This document shows positions 1-8,573 of a DNA stretch of 64,000 nucleotides, in pieces. This stretch comes from a virus. The notes under the pieces are model-generated. The model saw nothing but the letters and a program-made list of their open reading frames with translations, was not told the origin of the DNA and ran no database searches. Numbering within the stretch: the first letter of the stretch is position 1; the number at the start of each line of letters is the position of its first letter. Location: IMG/VR virus record IMGVR_UViG_3300028400_000004, positions 1-64,000 of that record, one strand, 5' to 3'. The translations under genes were made by a program, and so were the position numbers.

Positions 1-188
1 CTGAAGTTTCTGCATTAGTCAAATGCCGAAAAATCCCATATTCTATATTTGTTGTAAGGGTAAATAGTAAAGGGGAATTGCGACTAGCAAAACCTTGTGA
101 ATCTTGTATGCTTGCCTTGGAACAGGTAAATATAAAAAATATTTATTATAGTGATAATAATGGTAATATACAACATATTGCGCTATAA
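1..188 (+). CDS. Zn-dependent cytidine/dCMP deaminase-like protein, 5'-truncated by window
   Basis: Frame 3 reads (A)EVSALVKC...LAKPCESCMLAL...IKNIYYS*, matching the HxE...PCxxC deaminase signature; absent from the ORF track. Confidence 0.8.
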   Translation, partial: EVSALVKCRKIPYSIFVVRVNSKGELRLAKPCESCMLALEQVNIKNIYYSDNNGNIQHIAL

Positions 189-238
189 GCGCCTGAGAGC
201 CTTTCTCAGCTTATTTTGTATAAAACTAATGGTTCGGT

Positions 239-808
239 ATGGGTACATTAAAGAAAACGTCTCAGAAACGATCACAGGCAGTCAAGATTGTCGGTATTGA
301 TCCTGCATTACGAAATACAGGCATAGTTTCCGCTGATTTAATAAATAATGATATAAAAATAAATTATGTTAAGCTGATTGAAACGACAACATTAAATGAA
401 AAACCAAAGGCCGTTGATGATTACAAACGTATAAATTTTATTTATAATAATTTAAGGCTGATTATAGATAATCATGATCTGATTATAGCGGAGTTCCCTA
501 TAGGTTCGCAATCAAGCCGCGCCATGGTTTCCTATGCTACTTCTATTAGTATATTAGCATGTTTTAATAAACCAATTATTCCTGTCACGCCGAATGATAT
601 AAAGAAATATATTGGCATAAAAAATGCAAGTAAGTCTGATTCAATAAATTATGTCAGGCAACATTATCCTAATTTTCCATTTATATTAAAAAACAATAAA
701 ATATTAAATAAGAACGAACATTTAGCGGATGCGATGATTGCCATACTTGCAGGCATAAAAAAAGCCGACGATGAGCCGGCTTTTATTAATTTTTTTCAAT
801 TATTATAA
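239..808 (+). CDS. ruvC: RuvC-like Holliday junction resolvase
   Basis: IVGIDPALRNTG, IIAE and EHLADAMIA acidic RNase H-fold motifs. Confidence 0.88.
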   Translation: MGTLKKTSQKRSQAVKIVGIDPALRNTGIVSADLINNDIKINYVKLIETTTLNEKPKAVDDYKRINFIYNNLRLIIDNHDLIIAEFPIGSQSSRAMVSYATSISILACFNKPIIPVTPNDIKKYIGIKNASKSDSINYVRQHYPNFPFILKNNKILNKNEHLADAMIAILAGIKKADDEPAFINFFQLL

Positions 809-1104
809 TTTTTCCAATATTTTTCCGCATTTTTCATTGCTAATATTATTCTATCACGTCCAATTGGATTTGCGGAATGTACTTGCCAGTTTATCTTGCT
901 TATTTCATTATTAAATGCCTTTTCTTCTATCCATCTCGCTATATCATATCCTGATTTTTCTTCCCCTAGATCATGGTCAAAAGAAATAAAAGTAACTTTG
1001 TATTTTCTTAATAATTTAATAGCATGGGCAAATGTTTTTGCCTCTAAGTCGAAGTCATCAGGTTTTGGTCTAACATCGTCTATCCATAGTTTCATATTTT
1101 TCAC
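796..1104 (-). CDS. cyclic-phosphate-processing receiver-like (cREC) domain protein
   Basis: LWIDDVR, ISFDHDLG, SGYDIARWI and VHSANPIG motifs typical of this phage family. Confidence 0.75.
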   Translation of the reverse strand: MKNMKLWIDDVRPKPDDFDLEAKTFAHAIKLLRKYKVTFISFDHDLGEEKSGYDIARWIEEKAFNNEISKINWQVHSANPIGRDRIILAMKNAEKYWKNYNN

Positions 1105-1419
1105 CTAGTGTAGTGTTTTGTTTTTATTTATTACGGCAATGTTATTATTCAAAATCAAAAAGTTTAGTGTTTTAGTCTGATTTTTCAATGCCTCAAAGTC
1201 TTCAGGCATTAAGGTTTTTTCTATTTCTGGCCCCGGCATAGGTATTTCTTTTAATGGTGTAATGCCGAAGTTATCTAGCAATGCTTTCGTGGCATCGTCC
1301 AATTGTATCCTAAGCTGGACGTACATATTGCGTTTATAGATTTTTTCAATATCCTTGTTTGATAGTTTTTCCATGTCATCAATTCCTAGCATAGCCTTTA
1401 GGGTTTTCAAAATATTCAT
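1105..1419 (-). CDS. hypothetical protein
   Basis: 104 aa ORF tightly packed in a leftward operon. Confidence 0.6.
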   Translation of the reverse strand: MNILKTLKAMLGIDDMEKLSNKDIEKIYKRNMYVQLRIQLDDATKALLDNFGITPLKEIPMPGPEIEKTLMPEDFEALKNQTKTLNFLILNNNIAVINKNKTLH

Positions 1420-1607
1420 CGCATGGACACCAAAATTAAGGCTAGTTTCAGCTTTAATTCACAATAAGAAATGTCTGTATGATTATCAAATTTTTTAATA
1501 ATATATTCTTTTTGTTGTATAGATAAATTTTCCCATTTAAGCATTTCATGATTAACCAAATTGTTCCATTGATTATTGATTGCCTTGATTAGGTTTTTGG
1601 TTTGCAT
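1416..1607 (-). CDS. hypothetical protein
   Basis: 63 aa ORF, GGAGA RBS, 4-nt overlap with the next gene. Confidence 0.6.
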   Translation of the reverse strand: MQTKNLIKAINNQWNNLVNHEMLKWENLSIQQKEYIIKKFDNHTDISYCELKLKLALILVSMR

Positions 1608-1627
1608 GTTTATTCTCCCATGGAAAA

Positions 1628-1661
1628 CAAGGTGCTAGTGCTATCATGCACTAGCACCTTG
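1628..1661 (-). terminator. intrinsic terminator-like hairpin
   Basis: 14-bp perfect inverted repeat CAAGGTGCTAGTGC/GCACTAGCACCTTG followed by a T-run on the minus strand. Confidence 0.65.
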
Positions 1662-1665
1662 CTAG

Positions 1666-1842
1666 TTAGATCATTCCCAAGTAAAGCAACCAAGACGGAT
1701 AACCGTGTTCACAGACGCCATCAGGTTCGACGATGCATCCGTCTGTTGCCTCACAAATGCCCTCATATACCCATTCCTTTAGAGTTTCAATGTTGGGCTC
1801 GTCTGTAGTTGGTTCAGGGTAAGTAAGATTCCGGTTTTCCAT
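1666..1842 (-). CDS. small phage protein (CEATDGCIVEPDGVCEHG motif, probably metal-binding)
   Basis: ATG at 1842 with GAGGA RBS; Cys/His motif. Confidence 0.7.
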   Translation of the reverse strand: MENRNLTYPEPTTDEPNIETLKEWVYEGICEATDGCIVEPDGVCEHGYPSWLLYLGMI

Positions 1843-1846
1843 TGTC

Positions 1847-2524
1847 TTAATCCTCTTTTGGTCCACGTATCGGCATGATAATAGCAAACGCTTTATTTGA
1901 CTCAAGATAATCCGTTTCTACTTTAATTTGTGCATCAGGTTCATTCCAATACATTTGGAACAAGGTTTCGCTATTCAAGGCATCGTCTAGATAAGCCTTG
2001 TTAATATAAATGAAGTTTTCATCATCAATTTTTATTTTATAAGCAAAATATTTGCCTACTTTTACAGTCTCAAAATCGCTAACATTAAAAACCTTAATGT
2101 TTTCGTAGGTTTTGTTAATGATTTGCAGAAAGCTGTTATTCCAATTAAATTGCAAGTTTTCACGGGTTACCCGATTGTATGCTTTATCATAGGTACCAGG
2201 ATCAATTGATGGAATCTTTTTTACATGCAGTCTATACCCGTCTGTGGCAAACATTAAATTATGAACGTCTGAAACCTGAATATAATTAGTCCACCCACGA
2301 ACGTCATAAGATTTAGGCAATGCTTTTTTGATCCAATCTTCGGCTGATTTTGCTTTTTTAGGAACGCTTGGCATGAAATATGTATAAAGTTTGGCTAGTT
2401 CATATTCTGATGGAACATGGCCGCTTTCGATCATATTTTCGACGATTGAAAAACATTCCTTTTTGGTCGGCTTTTTTGAGAGCAATTGATATGCAGCAAG
2501 ATTAATAATGTTTTGTTTGTCCAT
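1847..2524 (-). CDS. hypothetical protein with a beta-clamp-like segment
   Basis: FATDGYRLH resembles the clamp VATDGHRL motif; C-terminal AIIMPIR resembles the clamp terminus. Confidence 0.55.
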   Translation of the reverse strand: MDKQNIINLAAYQLLSKKPTKKECFSIVENMIESGHVPSEYELAKLYTYFMPSVPKKAKSAEDWIKKALPKSYDVRGWTNYIQVSDVHNLMFATDGYRLHVKKIPSIDPGTYDKAYNRVTRENLQFNWNNSFLQIINKTYENIKVFNVSDFETVKVGKYFAYKIKIDDENFIYINKAYLDDALNSETLFQMYWNEPDAQIKVETDYLESNKAFAIIMPIRGPKED

Positions 2525-2557
2525 GATTTTCCCCTTTTAGATTTAATTAATCTTGCT

Positions 2558-2585
2558 ATTAATGGGGGAACATTCCCCCATTAAT
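2558..2585. terminator. palindromic hairpin, possibly a bidirectional terminator
   Basis: ATTAATGGGGGAA-CA-TTCCCCCATTAAT perfect inverted repeat between genes. Confidence 0.55.
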
Positions 2586-2971
2586 TAGATAGAAATATCC
2601 CCATGGAAAAATTCGTTTTCCTGAAGATTTTTCAAAAAAGCATACAGGTGTTTCCGCGCAGTTTTTGCAGTTTTGTATGCTTGGTCGGAATCAGGGCGAT
2701 AAATAGTCCGGCCTTCCTTATCAAATACAACGCCCCGATAAATCCGTTCACCTTCCCAAGCGAACGGCAGGGATTCGACGATATAGAAAAAATCGCCGTA
2801 ATGTTCTGATTTTTGGTCGGCAGGAAAGATTCCTGCCTCAAGGATACGCGCATTAAAGAATTTTAGCGTATCGTCATCGACGTAATGGGTTCGGCCATTA
2901 AGCTGATCCTGCGCATAATCGACAGGACGGGAAAAATATTTTTCTTGATACTTTGTTCCTTTTCTAGCCAT
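2585..2971 (-). CDS. hypothetical early protein
   Basis: 128 aa ORF, GAGGA RBS. Confidence 0.7.
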   Translation of the reverse strand: MARKGTKYQEKYFSRPVDYAQDQLNGRTHYVDDDTLKFFNARILEAGIFPADQKSEHYGDFFYIVESLPFAWEGERIYRGVVFDKEGRTIYRPDSDQAYKTAKTARKHLYAFLKNLQENEFFHGDISI

Positions 2972-3076
2972 GGTTTTGATCCTCTTGGTTGGTTAATGAC
3001 TTTCCCTAATGGGCCATTATATGTTAGCAAGTTTCATGTTCGAATACAACATAAAAATTTTTATAAGGTTATAAAT

Positions 3077-3340
3077 TTATTTTCTATGTCGTCTTAAATA
3101 TCTGCGCCACGCTTTTCCATAGGGATATCGAACGCGGACTTGTACTTTCTTTTTAGTTTTTCTTGCAAGCTTTGCAGTTTCAATTAAATCTTTATGATAA
3201 TTCATTAGTTTTTCTTTAATTGTTTTGCCTTTATAATGTCGTAAATAGTGTTCCAACGCGGCATGATTATTTGGAGGGTTTTTAAGTAAATTTCTAACCC
3301 AAGCTGCATCTTGCAGTAGGATATGCATGGAACGGTTCAT
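3077..3340 (-). CDS. basic hypothetical protein
   Basis: 87 aa ORF, GGAGA RBS. Confidence 0.6.
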   Translation of the reverse strand: MNRSMHILLQDAAWVRNLLKNPPNNHAALEHYLRHYKGKTIKEKLMNYHKDLIETAKLARKTKKKVQVRVRYPYGKAWRRYLRRHRK

Positions 3341-3358
3341 TGCATTATTCTCCGTTAT

Positions 3359-3697
3359 TTATATTAAGTTTAGTTTGAATTGCCCGTGATTTTCCAGAAT
3401 GATTTTATGCACAATGGGCATAATTGTTTCATCATCCCATTCAATGGGTTTATCCTTGTTAGTCAATCCTAAATATTTCCATGCTTGGCGTAATAAATTT
3501 GCTTTTTCTAATATTTCATTATCTACTAATATTCTGGTACTGAATTGCGCCAGACAAGAATATTCAGGAATTCCGTTAAACATTGCAAACGTTACGATCC
3601 AGTCGCTATTGTAATATTCGGCGACGATGCTAGTATCTTCAGAATCAATAATTTCTAGCTGATTGCCTTGCGGCTTAATGTTCATGATTTTTCCCAT
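3359..3697 (-). CDS. hypothetical protein
   Basis: 112 aa ORF in operon. Confidence 0.6.
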   Translation of the reverse strand: MGKIMNIKPQGNQLEIIDSEDTSIVAEYYNSDWIVTFAMFNGIPEYSCLAQFSTRILVDNEILEKANLLRQAWKYLGLTNKDKPIEWDDETIMPIVHKIILENHGQFKLNLI

Positions 3698-3708
3698 AAC
3701 GACAGGTT

Positions 3709-4008
3709 CTAAGAAACGATCGGTTCAATCAAACCTTGATCAATTGCTTGCTTAACCGTTTCTTGAAACGCTTTTTCATAATTGAAGGATGCACCGTTTT
3801 CTACCAAAAAATCAAGCATTTCTTCGATATAATCGGTGCCTGATTGGCTAATAAATTCATCGCTATCAAGCAAAATCCATTGCGCGATGAAGTTTTCAAC
3901 GGTTTCAGTATAATATCCATTAGAATATATAAATGAACCGTTATCATTAAGGTTATTAATAGCAGTTACAACGTCATCGATTGTATTCATGTCGGCAAAG
4001 TATTCCAT
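3709..4008 (-). CDS. highly acidic small protein (DNA-mimic candidate)
   Basis: 99 aa with about 19 D/E versus 2 K/R; GAGGA RBS. Confidence 0.65.
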   Translation of the reverse strand: MEYFADMNTIDDVVTAINNLNDNGSFIYSNGYYTETVENFIAQWILLDSDEFISQSGTDYIEEMLDFLVENGASFNYEKAFQETVKQAIDQGLIEPIVS

Positions 4009-4025
4009 AATTATATTCCTCTATT

Positions 4026-4289
4026 TTAGTCTTCAAGATATGTTTTTGCGTCCTTTTGATCCTGAATCAGAAAAAAATCAGATGGGCCGAATATTTTTCC
4101 GTCATCGCGTACGACGCGTGCGGTTCCGATACGAACACGCGGCCCATTGGATGGAAAAAGATCGATCGGGTTATGATATTTTTTCCATATTCGCCATGCA
4201 CCGATTGGCGTGCTTGCATGGCCTTTTTCGGCCCAGAAAAGGCGACCATGCTTGTCTGCGTTAGCGACTTGGATAGTGTATTTTGCCAT
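4026..4289 (-). CDS. hypothetical protein
   Basis: ATG at 4289 (MAKYTIQV) with GAGGA RBS. Confidence 0.6.
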   Translation of the reverse strand: MAKYTIQVANADKHGRLFWAEKGHASTPIGAWRIWKKYHNPIDLFPSNGPRVRIGTARVVRDDGKIFGPSDFFLIQDQKDAKTYLED

Positions 4290-4308
4290 GGTTATTTTTT
4301 CCTCAGAT

Positions 4309-4536
4309 TTATCTAGTAAAACAAGGATCAGAATTAAAAGTGGCATCGCTCCATTTATTATTGTTTTTCAATGCCAGTTTAATTCCGGTTTCTGACAAAA
4401 TAATAATCTTCGTGTTTTTATTTTTCTGATTCACGCTAGCAATTCGTTTTGCATCATGCAACGAATTTGCCTCAATTTTATAAGCTGGTGGAAAGGTTCC
4501 AGGTTTTGATATTTCAATTATTTGATAAATAGCCAT
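4309..4536 (-). CDS. hypothetical protein
   Basis: 75 aa ORF, GAGGA RBS. Confidence 0.6.
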   Translation of the reverse strand: MAIYQIIEISKPGTFPPAYKIEANSLHDAKRIASVNQKNKNTKIIILSETGIKLALKNNNKWSDATFNSDPCFTR

Positions 4537-4560
4537 GATTTTATTCCTCTTTTTAATAAC

Positions 4561-4596
4561 TAAAACCCATGGGGGAATTTTCCCCCATGGGTTTTA
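4561..4596. terminator. bidirectional terminator-like hairpin
   Basis: 16-bp perfect inverted repeat TAAAACCCATGGGGGA/TCCCCCATGGGTTTTA. Confidence 0.65.
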
Positions 4597-4977
4597 TTCG
4601 GTATCGCGTTCAATTTTGATTCCCGTTTCCTGTTCAAGGGAATCATAAAATTCTTTATCATAGGCCAGTTTGTGAGCGTACCATTCGACGGCCGTCCACA
4701 ATAATTCCCCTAAAGAGCGCGCGGGATATGCTTCCCCCGTAGTGTCTTCATATTCCGCCAAAAAATCGTCGATGGCGGACAGGTGGCGGGGAAGATAAAT
4801 AGAAAAGTCCATATGATGAATAAGGTTATAATCGAGCGGGAGACTGCAATTCGGCCCGTTGGCCGAATCCAGATAATAGGCGATAGCGGACTGCTTTGGT
4901 CTTTCACCGAAATAATTTTCTTCGAGTAGTTCGACAATATGCTCAAAAATATCATTAATGATAGTGTTTTTCTGCAT
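4594..4977 (-). CDS. acidic early protein (anti-restriction/DNA-mimic candidate)
   Basis: 127 aa, about 25 D/E versus 9 K/R; first gene after the leftward promoter. Confidence 0.6.
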   Translation of the reverse strand: MQKNTIINDIFEHIVELLEENYFGERPKQSAIAYYLDSANGPNCSLPLDYNLIHHMDFSIYLPRHLSAIDDFLAEYEDTTGEAYPARSLGELLWTAVEWYAHKLAYDKEFYDSLEQETGIKIERDTE

Positions 4978-5013
4978 TATCTTAATCCCCTTTTTGGTTT
5001 GCCTGTGGTCCTA

Positions 5014-5043
5014 ATAGTAGGACCGCCTTTTGAATCATGTCAA
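5014..5043 (-). promoter_or_regulatory. sigma70-type leftward early promoter
   Basis: TTGACA-N18-TACTAT on the minus strand upstream of 4977. Confidence 0.6.
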
Positions 5044-5472
5044 GCCTTTTTGTCATGCTCGACACGATTATATCTAAGCATCGACAAGCCTAGACAATGC
5101 TATAGCCAAATACAAGTAAAAAGATTTTATGATGACGATTAAATTTATTTATGATCTGATTATTAAATAATCTGGCATGATTATTGTATAACATGCCTGG
5201 TTGGCATGATTGTATGACATGCCTAACTGGCATGATTAATGCATTATATATTAGAATTTGATAACATAATGTTACCCTGATTCGCCTGATTGTTATATAA
5301 TTATTTTATTATATAATTATTTTATTATATAAGAATTTTATTAATTACTAATTGGCATGCTTGTTGCAATTCATTACATATAAGGAGAAACCGGCTTTGG
5401 GCTTATTTGGTATGCTTTTTGTAAGCAAACTATTCAATAATTTTGTTTATACCCTTATAAAAAATTTTAGCA

Positions 5473-5511
5473 TTTACAAAGACCATGTTTGTGATATTCT
5501 AGGCTTGCCAA
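5473..5511 (+). promoter_or_regulatory. cassette 1 promoter (extended -10)
   Basis: TTTACA-N16-TATTCT with TG; the TGnTATyCTAnrCTkGCCAA motif is shared with cassettes 2-4. Confidence 0.6.
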
Positions 5512-5544
5512 ACGTGGCAATAACCAGAACCAGGAGACAATATC

Positions 5545-5916
5545 ATGGAAAATTTAATTTTTTATAAGATTGACCAAATTCCTGAGGTTTTCGCCCCCGA
5601 AGCGGCTTATCTTGATGCCTCGGGATATGCCTTCGTCGGGGTCCTGAAGGGCTCTGATGGCATCATCAAGGCGGCAATATGGTTAGGCCGCCCGCCTACG
5701 CAATCAACCCACATCTTAACTGGCCCCGAGCCGGTTCGGTTCCCTACACGAGAGGGTGTACTTATCCCCATCTCGACGGGGGATACCGGCTGGAATCAAA
5801 TTCCCGCCTTAGTACTACCTGCCCGGTACGGGGCGACTATCGCCCCAGAATATAAGGTAGCCGCTCCGTATCAGGCTGCGCTCATCGAGGCATTTGAGCT
5901 TGGGGAGTTAGCTTAG
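5545..5916 (+). CDS. cassette 1 hypothetical protein
   Basis: 123 aa, AGGAG RBS, own promoter and terminator, GC above flanks. Confidence 0.75.
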   Translation: MENLIFYKIDQIPEVFAPEAAYLDASGYAFVGVLKGSDGIIKAAIWLGRPPTQSTHILTGPEPVRFPTREGVLIPISTGDTGWNQIPALVLPARYGATIAPEYKVAAPYQAALIEAFELGELA

Positions 5917-5922
5917 TGCAGT

Positions 5923-5961
5923 AAACAACCCCTCGACGCTATTTTGTCGAGGGGTTGTTTT
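5923..5961 (+). terminator. intrinsic terminator
   Basis: AAACAACCCCTCGAC/GTCGAGGGGTTGTTT stem with T tail. Confidence 0.8.
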
Positions 5962-6170
5962 ATGTCAGTATATTAGAGTTTAATAATATAATGTTAGTCT
6001 GATTTGCCTGATTGTTATATAATAATTTTATTATATAATAATTTTATTAATTACTAATTGGCATGTTTGTTGCAATTCATTATATATAAGGCTGATTGTC
6101 TTTAACATTAATTGGCATAATTATTGCATTATAAATTAGTCTTATTTATGGCATTATAAAAAATTTAATG

Positions 6171-6210
6171 TTTGTGTTGGTGGATTTTGTGATATTCTAC
6201 ACTTGCCAAT
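6171..6210 (+). promoter_or_regulatory. cassette 2 promoter (extended -10)
   Basis: TGATATTCTACACTTGCCAAT, same motif as cassettes 1, 3 and 4. Confidence 0.55.
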
Positions 6211-6241
6211 TCTGGAAATAGATAATTTGGGGGATAAGACA

Positions 6242-6460
6242 ATGGAAAATTCGCAAGTTAATGCTGCTATTCTTTCTGCGGAAGAAGCGGGGCGCGCCGT
6301 TGTTCGCTTCGGCGCCAATTTCTCGACAATCAAAGAAATATCCGAGTATTTCTACCATGAACTTGCTTATGGATATTGGGATGACATTATCCCAACAATA
6401 TCCGTAGAGCAAGCGCGTGATGCCTTTATCCAAGGCGTGATCGCCGAACAAAACAAATAA
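6242..6460 (+). CDS. cassette 2 small hypothetical protein
   Basis: ATG at 6242 after GGGGGA RBS; 72 aa; followed by a terminator. Confidence 0.7.
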   Translation: MENSQVNAAILSAEEAGRAVVRFGANFSTIKEISEYFYHELAYGYWDDIIPTISVEQARDAFIQGVIAEQNK

Positions 6461-6465
6461 CATAC

Positions 6466-6495
6466 ATTCCCCCACAGATTTTGTGGGGGAATTTT
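6466..6495 (+). terminator. intrinsic terminator
   Basis: ATTCCCCCACA/TGTGGGGGAAT stem with T tail. Confidence 0.75.
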
Positions 6496-7107
6496 AATGC
6501 ATTATATATTAGAATTTAATAATATAATATTAATCTGATTCGCTTGATTACATGCTATGTCATACATGGCATGATTAATGCATGATACATTGATTTAATT
6601 AAATAATTATATAAGTATATTTTTATTTAATCATGGTCTGATTTATGCCTGATTGTTATATAGTTATATAGTAATATAATGCTGATCTGATTCATCTGAT
6701 TGAATATAATTATTTTATTATACGTTGATTAGCTAATACGCCTGATTAAATATTAGAATATAATAATGTAATTGATTCCTGATTCGCCTGATTGGCTATT
6801 AGCATTTAATTATATACTGATTAACTGATTAACTAACACGCCTGATTGGCTATTAGCGTTTTATTATATTTTAATAAAATAATATTATTAAATAATTATA
6901 TTAGAATATAAGAATAAACTTAAGTAACAATATTAGAATATAAAAGAATTTAGGCTCGAGTACATTCTAAAATAAGAATATGATAAAATTCTAATATAGT
7001 TTATTAATTAAATAGGCCAATTTTAGAGTTTGGCATGGGTTTTGCAATTCTTTATATAAGGGATTGCATAAGGATAAGATTAAGTTATGTGGCTATAGAA
7101 TTTTTTA

Positions 7108-7173
7108 GTGTTGCGTTGGTGGGCGAGTATGTTATCCTAGACTGGCCAATGTAGGATCACACTAAGAGGAGGA
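7108..7173 (+). repeat. 66-bp promoter/leader/RBS unit, copy 1
   Basis: Identical to 8068-8133; contains TTGCGT-N16-TATCCT with extended TG and AGGAGGA RBS. Confidence 0.9.
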
Positions 7174-7177
7174 GGTC

Positions 7178-7675
7178 ATGATCTATCCCGCTACTGATCG
7201 TCACTTTGTGATCTTCGGCGGGTACTCGCCCGCCGTCATCTACGTCACCCCCGCGTGGGGTGACGACCTGGACCGCTTTTTTGCGCTCCAGTTCATCCCC
7301 GCTTGGGCGGTCCCCGCCCAGGTGGACCGCTACGGGAAGGTCCAGGCGGCCTTCCCTGACCCGGAGGGCCTACGACTGGCCTTCCGGTCGGCCCCTTACG
7401 GCCGGGGGCCGGAACGGGTCTCGGTCTTTTCGCCAGAGGGGGATCATCCCCTCTGGCGGGTTTTCGAATTGGACGGGGTCAATCCCCGTCCAATTCGCCA
7501 ATGGGTGGTCCGGGGACCCCGGACCACCCCCATGGCCCACCCCGAACCTCAGTCGGGGTGGGTCCCACCCACCGAATGGGGGCGCTCGACCCCCTATTGG
7601 GTCAGCCCGTCAGGGCTGACTTTCCCCCAAGACGTGCCCGACCACCGGCGGCCACATTGGTGGCCGCCGGTTTGA
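7178..7675 (+). CDS. cassette 3 GC-rich, Pro/Trp-rich hypothetical protein
   Basis: 165 aa, strong RBS, promoter and terminator; GC far above the genome average. Confidence 0.7.
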   Translation: MIYPATDRHFVIFGGYSPAVIYVTPAWGDDLDRFFALQFIPAWAVPAQVDRYGKVQAAFPDPEGLRLAFRSAPYGRGPERVSVFSPEGDHPLWRVFELDGVNPRPIRQWVVRGPRTTPMAHPEPQSGWVPPTEWGRSTPYWVSPSGLTFPQDVPDHRRPHWWPPV

Positions 7676-7680
7676 CCCGC

Positions 7681-7716
7681 ACCCCGCCCCACCAGATTGG
7701 TGGGGCTGGGTTTTCT
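7681..7716 (+). terminator. intrinsic terminator
   Basis: GCCCCACCA/TGGTGGGGC stem with T tail. Confidence 0.75.
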
Positions 7717-7947
7717 ATTGGCCAGAATATTAGAATATGATAATATAATTGCAAATTTATGTATATTTTTAATTATATTATTATATTCTGATTAGTGCCT
7801 GATTGGCATGACTGATGCATAACATGCCTGATTGGCCTGATTGCGAAGCAACATGGCCATGATTGGCCTATATCTTGCATGGCCTGCTGGCTAGAATGGG
7901 TCTTAGAATCAGTCTAATAATCATTACTGCTATGCAGTAATGTTAAC

Positions 7948-7966
7948 AATAATCATTATCATTATC
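7948..7966. promoter_or_regulatory. Fur box
   Basis: Minus strand GATAATGATAATGATTATT, 17/19 match to GATAATGATAATCATTATC. Confidence 0.65.
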
Positions 7967-8067
7967 ATTGGCACGCATTGTGCATACATGCACGAATTGT
8001 GCCATGCTGAGGATGGCATGGTGTTTGCTAAAAATAATATGAGTTTATGGCAGGATAAGAAATTTAT

Positions 8068-8133
8068 GTGTTGCGTTGGTGGGCGAGTATGTTATCCTAG
8101 ACTGGCCAATGTAGGATCACACTAAGAGGAGGA
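8068..8133 (+). repeat. 66-bp promoter/leader/RBS unit, copy 2
   Basis: Identical to 7108-7173, offset 960 bp. Confidence 0.9.
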
Positions 8134-8139
8134 TTCGTT

Positions 8140-8532
8140 ATGACCCGCCCCACTACCAAAATTCGTACCACCACCATCTCCACCAAGCTTGTCGTGCAGG
8201 AAATATTCCTGCACGACACAGGGGAGCGTCACGTCAAGGGCCGTTGGGCCCAGGTCGGCACATGGAAGTGCCGGCATATCTACGTCCGCCACGACGTGTG
8301 GCGGACCCTCCAAGGCCGCCCAAACCCCCCAACCCTCGTCCTTGAGGTCTTGGACCTCAGGGACGAAATCCTCAGGGCGTCCCTCTCAGGGGACGTGGGC
8401 CCCCTGACAGTCACCCGCAGGTCCGAGCGACGGCACATCGGTGGGCCGTCCTCCATGGCCACCGCCCAGGTCCAATGGTGGGACCTGGGCGGGGTCGTCG
8501 GGATCGGAGGGATACCGCCGTCCGATCCCTAA
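8140..8532 (+). CDS. cassette 4 GC-rich hypothetical protein
   Basis: 130 aa, GAGGAGG RBS, promoter and terminator. Confidence 0.7.
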   Translation: MTRPTTKIRTTTISTKLVVQEIFLHDTGERHVKGRWAQVGTWKCRHIYVRHDVWRTLQGRPNPPTLVLEVLDLRDEILRASLSGDVGPLTVTRRSERRHIGGPSSMATAQVQWWDLGGVVGIGGIPPSDP

Positions 8533-8537
8533 CCAGC

Positions 8538-8573
8538 ACCCCACCATGCCGAGCAGGCATGGTGGGGTTTCTT
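8538..8573 (+). terminator. intrinsic terminator
   Basis: ACCCCACCATGCC/GGCATGGTGGGGT stem with T tail. Confidence 0.8.
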
